From Bigelowiella natans CCMP2755 (lineage: Eukaryota > Protista > Cercozoa): 64,000 nucleotides of DNA. Below are positions 54,098-64,000 of the stretch, piece after piece. How positions within the stretch are numbered: position 1 is the first letter of the stretch; the number at the start of each line of letters is the position of its first letter. The position numbers and the translations under genes are program-made. The notes under the pieces were generated by a model, which was given only the letters and a program-made list of their open reading frames with translations, ran no database searches and had not been told where the DNA came from. Where the stretch lies: assembly GCA_000320545.1 (NCBI GenBank), contig ADNK01002379.1, positions 1 through 64,000 of the forward strand. The letters run 5' to 3'.

Positions 54098-54495
54098 TAC
54101 ATGCAGTCTGATTGATTGCAGTGGGATTTGGTGATTTTCCTGAATTTCTATTCTAAATGGATGCCATTTTCTGAATTTATCAGTTTTTCCTCGGTAGGAT
54201 GTACGGCTTAGAAAGAGGAAGAATAAATGGATGGGATCTCGTCCCATACGACAACACTTGATGCATCAGACCGCAGTCGTTTTACTTCTCTAGGAGAAAC
54301 CCTGGGTGCGACTCGGTGGCTTCGGCTCGCGGGTTGGGGTATCTGAGTCTACATTTGTACACGAATTGGAGAAAATCCCATGTTCCATCGCGATTTACGT
54401 GATGTTGTCATGACGCAAGATGGAAATAGAAAGAAATTTTCTTTTCATCTCTGTTCATGTTGCCACTAGAAATCTTAGAATTATTTTGCTGAAGG

Positions 54496-56598
54496 ATGGC
54501 GGCGAGACGGCGGAGAAGCCTCACCAGGCCTAAGCCTTCAGCGTACCATGCAAAGGAGAATGTGAGGTGGGTGACGGACGATGAGGTTTCGGAATGTCTT
54601 TCATGTGTAACCTTGTTTGTTTTCCACGGTAGCTCGAAAGTTAGTTCTTCCAGGAATAAAGTACCAAAGGGATGCACCACGATGCCCTCCGGGCAAGACT
54701 ATTCCTCAGCTTTCGTTGTAAACATGCAACTTCTCAAATATGAGACTTTTGCAGCGAAGGAAAAACTTCGCACCCGAGATCTAAATGGGAGGATGTTTGA
54801 TCGAAGCAATGAGAGGGCCATGCAGGTATTAGTACGTGCATCAACTGTTGCCAATTTGGGGCTCACTCATACCTCCTCTCCTTCCAAGTTACAAATCATC
54901 CAGATAGCTTATTTTTCTCCATTCAGGACGTGCTGTACTTTCTGCTTATGTGTTATGATCGAAAACACGCATCAAAGGTTCGTACTTAGTTCATTCTCCA
55001 TGATTTACCGTTTCATTTTTATGAATCTGTCGCTTTATCGCTAAAGCCGATAACAGAATGTCACAACTTATTTGATTTGAATTATTTGGAACCAATTTCA
55101 GTTGTTCAAGTTTCTCGTGCCTGTGAGGGACACTGCGCAAGCGCGCAAATTCAAGGACGCCGCGTTGTCGATGCTCGAACTTATCGAGTGCAATAACCAG
55201 TGTTTTGACAAAGGGACGTTGAGAAAATCATACATCAACAGCGCTTGTGGAGAGAGGTAGGAACGTCGAATAAAGCATAATGGTGCGTGGGTTCATAGAA
55301 AAGACTCCAAACAGTACTGAGCGTTTTTGATAGCTTTTCTCATCTACGTGCACATATGTGCGTGCGGTTTGCATGATTTGGTGAGAAGAGCTTTGCTTTA
55401 TCAACAAGTTCCATTTGGGGATGCATCGATCGGGTCTTACTTGTTCTGGCTACATGTTAAATCGTTGTTGCAGATTCATCCTCGTTCTGTGGCAGCTTTC
55501 GTCCTTCCTTTTGGAGAGGCAACTGCGCGATAAATTCCCGAGTGCGCACCTCCCCTGCGTGTCGGATATGGCGTACATTGCAGAGAATCTGCGACCATCC
55601 TATAGAGTACGACTGATCGATAAAAAAAAACCCATCAACGACAATCCAAAAACTATTTTCCATTTTCATTTTGCATCTTCTGTTGATTATTCCCCGCTCC
55701 TCCTGTCCCTCCCCGCTATCACACTACCGCGCGGGGCGATCCACAATCGAAACTAAACATCATTGCAAACTCGCAATTTCAGCTGCTCCGCGCCCACCGC
55801 ATCCGAGCGCTGCAGCTCCACAAAGCTGCTCTCCACAAGTCCTTCGTCACCATGGGCCGCGGATTCGCCAAGCGACAACGCGCATGGGGTGAGTACGCCT
55901 TCGAGCTCACTACATTATATCGGTCTTCCGAGTCCCGCCTGGAATCCGCCCAGACTGCACTCCGGGAGATCGATCGCGAAATCGCCGAATTTGACAACCT
56001 CCACTCCCCCTCGATGGAGGGCGGTGCGTTGGGGGATAATAGCCTCGCCAAACTGAAGCGTAACATCGAAGAGGCCTTCAAGTGTAGGCGCAGCATCGAG
56101 GAGGTAACCGAGAGCTGTGCGCCCGAGCTTCTTAGCTGCGAAGAGCTGATCGCTACAGCTACTGACCCAGACAGTGGTATATGTCTTGACGGTGTGAGGC
56201 TTAAGAACATCATGGCGATGCCACCTACGACGACAAGCCGGAATGACATTGTTACGCACGCGATTCGTAATAGAAGCAGTCTGGCTGGCGGCAGCCCTAG
56301 CAGTGCTGGTTCTGGTGACTATGGCACCTCGGGCAGGAGCAACCTGGGGGGGGTCGGAGGGGCTGCTACTGGAGGGATAACGGCAGCTGATGAAAAGCAA
56401 AACGCTCAGCATGACCTGGATCTCACAGACTTTGTGAACAAGTGGAGCGTGATGTTGGGTGGGATGGGGGCTGCCACGGGGGGCACAGCGCCTGCAGCTG
56501 GTGGCATGGACAAAAAGTGTGTTTTGCCTACCTATCTCGCAGATTAGACAGAAAAATACGAATAATAACAAGGGAGAGGGAGGTAGCGAGAAAGAGAA

Positions 56599-56639
<41 letters not shown>

Positions 56640-57139
56640 GATTTGGGCATTTGTCATGAACCTGGATACCCAACGGGCCGTCACATCCCTTGCCAAGGAA
56701 GCAACCAGCTGCCGTGGGGCTGGAAATGCATATAAGGGGGGAGGGAGGGGGGATATGGGTCATTTTGCGAGGTCTCGGCATCAATCTATTACGATATCCT
56801 CTTTTTTCGTCGCATTTGTTTGCTTATTATCTGTGCCCATATGTGTTGTTACTTGTGCATGCGACAGGACACTTGCGATGGCGGCAAAGACGCTGGAGCA
56901 GGTGAAAGGATTCTCAGAAGCGCTGGCTATGAGCATTGCAAACACGAAGAAGATGATCGAAGAAGAGCTTAAGGACCACGCCGCCTCTTCCAATACAAGC
57001 CAATCACCAAGCGCTGCTCCTTCGACTACGGTGATGAACTGAATATTTGAACGCATCATTGCGGTTGGTGTTTACAGAGTGGCCAGTTGTAAGTATCGCT
57101 ATCAGATAGCTCCCAAAACCTAAACACAATCGAAGCTTG

Positions 57140-57197
<58 letters not shown>

Positions 57198-57535
57198 TAC
57201 ACATACACATACACATACGCGCACACACGCCATATTCCATTGCCAACACGGATGTGTTAAGCGATGCTGCTGATTTGGTTAGAAGCACAAGGAAGCTCGG
57301 TATTCGGAGCTAAGCTTCGTTGAGTCGCCATCCCAACTTTGGAAGGAGGGGGAGGAGGAGGGAAAAGATGCCACCAAGTCCGCTGCCATACATAGACGGC
57401 GAAGGGCTTTGAACCTCCTTCAAACTCCAGGTAGGTAGTAGTAGCAGCAGTAGTAGTATTAGTTGGTTGGTAGTAGTAGTTGGTTGGTAGTAGTAGTAAT
57501 GGGGAACTAGTAGGGAGATATAGTTGTAGGAGTAA

Positions 57536-57571
<36 letters not shown>

Positions 57572-57589
57572 CGGTGGTAAGCGTGTGTT

Positions 57590-57631
<42 letters not shown>

Positions 57632-58556
57632 GAAAATATTACTGTAGTTTCCTTATAGACGTTATTCCACCAAATCATCCTTTCGTCTTCCTCTACGTCT
57701 CCCTCCTCCTCCTGCTCCTCCTGCTACTTCTCCTTCTTCTTCTCCTTCTTCTCCTTCTTCTTCTTCTTCTTCTACTTCTCCTTTAGCGATGATGTACCAC
57801 TCCTCCGCTGTGAACTCCTTGCTCAAGTCGGCACAACATGCATCTAGAAGGTACTCCTCCGCTGTGAACTCCTTGCTCAAGTCGGCACAGCATGCATCTA
57901 GAAGGTAGCGGGGGGGTTAGTGGTAGTGGTACAACCACTGCTCCGTTGCTCGAAGAGCTGCCAGAACATCATTGTGCACAAAATACGATAAGAATAGTAA
58001 TAACAATGATACGAAGAGGAGGATCAAATGGGCCGAAAAACACAGTGTTGCCTGTTCTGTTTCTTGTCTAAATGAGCGGCGTTCCTTCCCATCTTGCCCT
58101 GCAGGCGGATAGATGAACCCCTACCTGGCCGCAGGATTGACTTTGGCCTGATGAAGGACGTTGGAGAGGGAGGAGAAGAGGAGGGTCGGGAGGAGGAGGA
58201 GGAGGAGGAGGAAGTAGTAGGAGCAAATGGAGGCCAGCAACGACAACAGCTGCAGCAGAGCGAGGAAGTGAGTGAGGCCAAAGGACAAGGAGGCCAACAA
58301 GCCCTGCTGCTGAGAGAAGAGAAGAAGAACCTGCCTTCGTCGTCGCAAGGATGCGAAAGCATCGTCCAACATCAACAACTCGCTACTGCTGCCACTGGCT
58401 CTCCCTCAATAAAAGACATCATCGGCGGCTCCTCAAATCAATCGCCCGCTGTCGCCGCAAAGCATCTAGATCTGGAGGAGGCGAGCAGCAGCCTGATTGT
58501 GGAGCAGCAGCCAGGAATCCTCTTCAGCCAAGAAGGACAGCAAGAAGGGGAGCACG

Positions 58557-58592
<36 letters not shown>

Positions 58593-58828
58593 CGGATGGA
58601 GACAGAGCCAACTACGGCGGTAGCAGCGCCCTCTCGCCTGTTGTGGAGGAGATTGGGGGAGGCGCAACCCCCGAGATGAAAGCAGCACCGCCATCCTCAG
58701 TGACTGCATCATCAGAGTCGGAAGTGGGTGGTGCGAGCGATGATGGTAGCGGAGAGCTGCGTCTGCCGTCAAACGCGCTTTTCCATGCACTGGGTATTGA
58801 GAAGCACGATGACCCTTTCGCGCTTTGA
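54496..58828 (+). CDS. HAUS6: HAUS augmin-like complex subunit 6 (N-terminal HAUS6 domain, coiled coil, acidic low-complexity tail)
   Basis: AFVVNMQLLKY..RMFDRSNERAMQ|DVLYFLL..|LFKFLVPVRDTAQARKFK..SYINSACGER|FILVLWQLSSFLL matches the HAUS6 N-terminal pattern. Coiled-coil exon at 55780-56520. Confidence 0.78.
57799..57907 (+). repeat. 54-bp tandem duplication at an exon 3' end, including the splice donor
   Basis: actcctccgctgtgaactccttgctcaagtcggcaca(a/g)catgcatctagaaggt x2, one mismatch. Confidence 0.93.
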
Positions 58829-59723
58829 TGAGTACCACAATGATGCAGTGACGATGAAAGGGGCTGTGCGTCGTCGTGCATGGTCTATAATCCAGTTGGA
58901 GTCGCGAGATGATATCGGGGGTATGGAACCGAGTGGAGAAGATGCCTGAGCACTGGGAATATTGATTGTCGCTTGGCTGCCCCCCCCTCCTGCTGCGGCT
59001 GCGTCAATGTTTGAGTTCTTCATGCACCTGCTCACATTCATTCGAACGTGTAATCAGAATTAACAATGTTGTATCATCACTAAACAATAGCCGTGAAAGG
59101 GGTCGGCACCCTTGAATTCCCCTATATGCCAGCAGCACAATAATCCAGCCATGTTAAGCTAGCATGTAAGAGGTGCAAATGATAAGCAATTTACTTCTGT
59201 CAGCACGTCCCAACGTGCTTATATCGGTTGATGATAAGAGCGCACATCTAGACATAGCGACGGCGTGTTCAGCTCCAAGCAATGTTTGTCACTATTAGTT
59301 GGTTGCTCAGCAAATGATGGACACATAGTACATACGACATTACTTGCAAACAAGTGACCCATCATCTAGCTACATGCTGTCGTTGCAATGCTAGAACATG
59401 ATGAGGGCTAGAGGGCGCTTACACTTACCATTACACATTGTTTTGCAAATGGTTGCAATGCTAGAATGCATGCTTTCCATAATCCACAATGACATTTTTT
59501 TGCAGACATGTGTAGATCGATGACCGCGTGCGCCGCAGTCTGTAGGCGCACACACATTTGACAGCATGGCTCATCCCATGTTGCATGCACAGAGCACATG
59601 CTAGCATGTGTGGACACCCATCAGCAGGCCCATGCGTCCTCCCAATGTCATTAGTCAGAAATATGTGAGCGAAATGGTAATTTTGTAGTGCTGATGAGAG
59701 CGCACCAGATTGTTACTGCTCGG

Positions 59724-60328
59724 CTAGCTAGTAAAGGCGACGGAGGGAGGAATGGACGGCGTATTGATATTTTCAAAATGATTGGAGGGTGGTGATACCC
59801 CGTGTTGGATCATTGCCGGCTGCTGCTGCAAAATCTCCGCCGGCGACATGAAGAAAGGAGGGAAGAAGCTGCTCGTAAAACCTAGCTTTTGCAAGATCCA
59901 CCTGAGAAGATAGCGAGGAGCATACACATGAAAGAATACCATCAGGATAAGGGTATTTTGAATCCCTAGTGCTCTCTTTGTCTTTTGTATGTGTCTAAGG
60001 GAATGTGGGGAGGTGGGGAAATGCCGACTGGCAGCTTTCGTAGATGTGCACAATCATGCTCATGTTCCAGTATTGCATCGTTGATTACGGAGTCTTCGAG
60101 TGGGTGGCAGTGATGATTCTTCTGTCTTTGAAATCCTCCCTGTGAGTATCGTAAACAGTGCATGATTAAAAACAACTGACGATGTAGACCAACGTGGCTT
60201 CTCCCCCCATCCTGCGCCTCCCCATTTGGGGATAGAGTAGAGCCTTTTCATACAACTCAAAGCGAATTAAATTCAGAATTACACCAAACGCTTATACCTA
60301 TCCCCCCTCCCTTCTCTCACATCCCCCC

Positions 60329-60372
<44 letters not shown>

Positions 60373-61574
60373 CACTTCACACATATGTGAGAGCTTATGT
60401 TATATTTTTGTGCGCATATTTGCACAATTTGCTACAAAGCATGGCACGCTTGCTGTTTGTAGTAGTTAAGTAGTGTACCCCCAGTAGCCGATCCTATCAG
60501 CTAGACCAACCTCAACTGCTTCTGCACCGGCATAAATCGTGCCGTCCAGCAGCCCATCAACCCCCTTATCACATCGCAAAAAACAGATCGAATTTGTGAA
60601 TCTGGAGATGGAAGGCGAAGGGGCGGGGGGTGGGGAGTGGGGGGTGATAACCTCCTCCAATTCTCCAAAGATCTGGCGCATCTTCTCTTTGGCTCGAGTG
60701 CGCTTCAGCTTGTCGCCTCGCCCTTCGATAACCGTTTTCTTGAAAGTTGTGTGCAGTGCATCGAGGAGGTGCTGCTCGAAATCAACGTCCCTATTTGCGT
60801 GTGGAGCAGGGGGGGGTAAGTACTGATATTTCAGGGCCGCTCAAATTTGCGAGGCGAACGTCATCCCACAAATAACAGCACCTTTGCCGCCTTTCTTCAA
60901 AAGGGTTCCCCATTACCTGGAATGTTACATAATACAGAAAAATAATACATGTAAATATAAACATATATGTATCATATATATATATATATATATATATATT
61001 AATAATATATATAATTTTTAGCACAGCATGCACTAATCACACACGACCTTATTCTTCCCGGCTGCCATCGTTCTTGATTCTATGCCCGCTTTTTGAAGCA
61101 GCCCTGCGAAGATACACACCCAATAAATACATGAATTCGGAAGGTAAAGCCACGACGTACAGCTGAGTTCTTCGTAAGAGAAGAACTTACGATCAATCGT
61201 AGGATAGACGACCGCATATTCGGTTCAAAGAGGAACAGAAAGAAACAGAGGAAAAACATAGCATCCTTCTGCGTATCACCATGGTAGCCTAACTTCATCG
61301 AAATTACTCCAACGTTTCTGCGTGGAAAAGGGGAGGGAGATGATGAGGTGGTGATGTTGAAATGAGCTGTGAATTGGATGGACTCAAACCCCGCCGCTGT
61401 GGTGTGCTTTATTGACATTTATACAATTTACAAAAGAGCACGCACCCGATTAGGGAGCTCTCATCGCAAACGATCTCGTCGCATTGGGAAGCAATGAAGT
61501 AGCTGCCAAACAAATAATGGTGGATGCAATGTATAAGAATTCCCTATACCACACACAATTCTTTAGATATGTGC

Positions 61575-61642
<68 letters not shown>

Positions 61643-62195
61643 GTGCGCGTGTATACTAGCTCTATGGAATAAAAATGACCCGAAATATAACTTAATGAGA
61701 GAGAACGATAAAATCGTTGGGTAGAGGACATGTGTCTGCTGGCTGACTTACCCTCCACTCGCGCAAATATCGGCCACATAAGCAACTACTTTTATGTGCG
61801 GGAAGGCTTTTCGGAACATCCTTATTTGCCTTGCAATCTGTGCGCTCTGCACAGGAGAGCCGCCAGGGGAATTCACAAGCAATACGAGCTTTTCGATCTG
61901 TGTATGCAGCATCATCCGCGTCGTAATATTAGTACCTCACTGTAATAAATAACATGTACATCCTGTGTTTGTGTGTTTGTGTGTGCGTGAGTGTGATTGA
62001 AGAGAGAAAAGGAGAGGGGGGAGAGAGGGCATCGATAAGAATTGGACCTTTTGTTCATCCTTTCTTGCCAGATTCCACACACATAGCATGTCCTTACGAA
62101 ATCCTTCCGCAGTGATACAATGTTTAGAGAAATTATCCTGAAGTGACCACAAAGACAGTTTTACACAAGGGAACACACAGTCACAAACACACACA

Positions 62196-62256
<61 letters not shown>

Positions 62257-62557
62257 AGAGAGAGAGAGAGAGAGGGATGCAGGTATTCAGTTCGATGCAC
62301 ATCCAAAGTAAGGACGTGAGTCATCATTCCTGCTCCTCTCATCCATGACACGTCGTAATTTATTCACCTCCTTTGGCACAATGGGGCCTACAAGGTTCAT
62401 CAAAACGATAAAGGGCTGGTCCCTCTGTAGCCAATTGCGCAGGGAGAGATCGTTAAATTTATATAACTTGCGATGATGATACTTCACTGCGAACAACCGT
62501 GAAGGATAATCTGCGATGCTTCATATCCTCATAGTGGTACGATACGCACACATGTGT

Positions 62558-62597
<40 letters not shown>

Positions 62598-62643
62598 TGG
62601 CCTAAGAGATCAAGAGAGAGAAATGGAAGGGGAGGGGGGGGGG

Positions 62644-62682
<39 letters not shown>

Positions 62683-63320
62683 TCCTACACATCCATCCCG
62701 CCATATCATGAGCTGAAGCTCGGGCTACAGAGATAATCATTCACTCATTTACACCTACCTTCCCATCACCATCCAAGCGAGTGGCGGCTTGATCACGCAT
62801 ATTCCACATCATCTTTTGTAAGAAACTTAGTGCGCCGGCGGTCGAAAAGCCAAAGACAACGACCTTTCCGACTCGCTGGTAGCTTGATGCCGCAAATATA
62901 ACAAACCTTGTCGTAAAAAACGACGCTGACTTCCTCCTGGTCCTACGTGATCTCGATGACCTCGAAAACACCTGCATCATATGATTGTTAAGCCAATCAT
63001 TTGATATTCTCCCCACCACGAAAGATTTATATATCGCCTCTTCCTCACTTCCTTCCCTTCCCCCCTCCCTTCCCCTCTCCCTCCCTTCGTATCCCCACGT
63101 CAATAAGATGATCCGTACGTTTCTGGAGGGCGGTAGAACGCGCCGGAAAGCTCTTCGGAGCCTGACGAGGGAAGGAGCAATTCGCAAGCTCTGCATCGAC
63201 GTGTCACTGGTGGTCAGATCGGGTTGTGGTTCCGATGGCACGGCCGATCCCGAATAAGGCGCTTTTACATGGCAATACGATGCTGCGACAAGGGATTCGT
63301 AGGCGGTTTTCTAGATTTTA
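59724..63320 (-). CDS. sppA: Peptidase S49 (SppA/SohB-type signal peptide peptidase) with long N-terminal extension; may extend further 5'
   Basis: LVNSPGGSPVQSAQIARQIR..KVVAYVADICASGG|YFIASQCDEIVCDESSLIG|NVGVIS; LHTTFKKTVIEGRGDKL; DGTIYAGAEAVEVGLADRIG. Stop at 59724. Confidence 0.88.
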
Positions 63321-64000
63321 CGATAAAAACAACAACAAAATATCGATAGTTTGGATACGAGTAGCGGGGAGCAGACGATTCCGATTATATTGGGATTCTT
63401 ATCGTTGCGACATGGAATTTAGGTTGTCGCAGGTTGTGGTTCCCATGGGTTGCGTCAGACTCAAAACCCATTGAGACCTCCGCTGCTAGATTAGGATTAA
63501 TGAGGGCTTTTGCCTGGAGCGTTCCAAAGTCCTCACGCCACACCCTGTGCTGTCATCATGATGTTCACGCTTGGCGGAAGGGGGATATGCTTCGTTTTGA
63601 TTGTCTGAGCGTGTTGTTGTTCACGATTTCTTCAGACGGTGGTAAGGAGCTGCGTATCATCTTCAAGTTTTTAAGTAGAGCTGCAGATCATTCTTCGGAG
63701 TCCACCAGGAGCGCAACAAATGACGCATTTATCCCTCCCTCTACCATCGAACCGACCTTTATTTCTTCGAAGACGCCGCCGTACACGCTGCTGGCTATTT
63801 CCCCTCGGGATTCTTTTCGTCACGGTAATAAACGGTCATATGCTAGAGGTGTCCCTCAGTTATAATTGCAACAACCCCCCCTCCCCCCACACCCATTCCA
63901 ATAGATCGTTGTGCCGAGATCAAAAGTTCGCTTTCTACTGGCTTCACAAAATTTTCGCTCTAGTTCCCCGAAATTTTCGGATAAATCATGCGTAGCAGTT

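Noticed and set aside
61790-61830. GC-AG intron in the S49 gene
   Set aside because: The frame reads straight through (IARQIRMFRKAFPHIKVVAY), so no intron is needed.

Overview
Gene-dense, intron-rich eukaryotic nuclear DNA from a protist. One N-terminus looks like a signal-plus-transit leader, which suggests an alga with a complex plastid, possibly chlorarachniophyte-like (inference only). Most ORFs in the six-frame track are microsatellite artefacts, so genes were spliced by eye. Gene order: Piezo (+, 5'-truncated); an intronless HNH-type nuclease (-); an intronless ankyrin/tyrosine-kinase pseudogene (+); pyruvate kinase (-); centrin (+); an unknown multi-exon gene (-); a decayed TpA-free segment; a WW+S1 protein (-); a two-pore channel (+); a second unknown gene (-); an intronless C2H2+CDIN1/TPD nuclease (+); a putative plastid-targeted protein (-); REV7/MAD2L2 (+); a GHKL-ATPase+HExxH protein (-); HAUS6 (+); and an S49/SppA peptidase (-). 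The strongest signals lie outside the genes. (1) A stretch of about 630 nt has no TpA at all while keeping CpG, and its reading frames are rich in Cys/His and almost lack Tyr, consistent with a TpA->TpG/CpA ('reverse-RIP') mutational process. (2) Genes almost strictly alternate strand. (3) Each convergent intergenic gap is enriched in CTAG/CATG/TGCA, and surviving TpA there often sits in CTA/TAG context. Together these hint at a position-specific DNA modification or mutation system acting downstream of genes and on dead sequence. Exon boundaries and outer coordinates of multi-exon genes are approximate.
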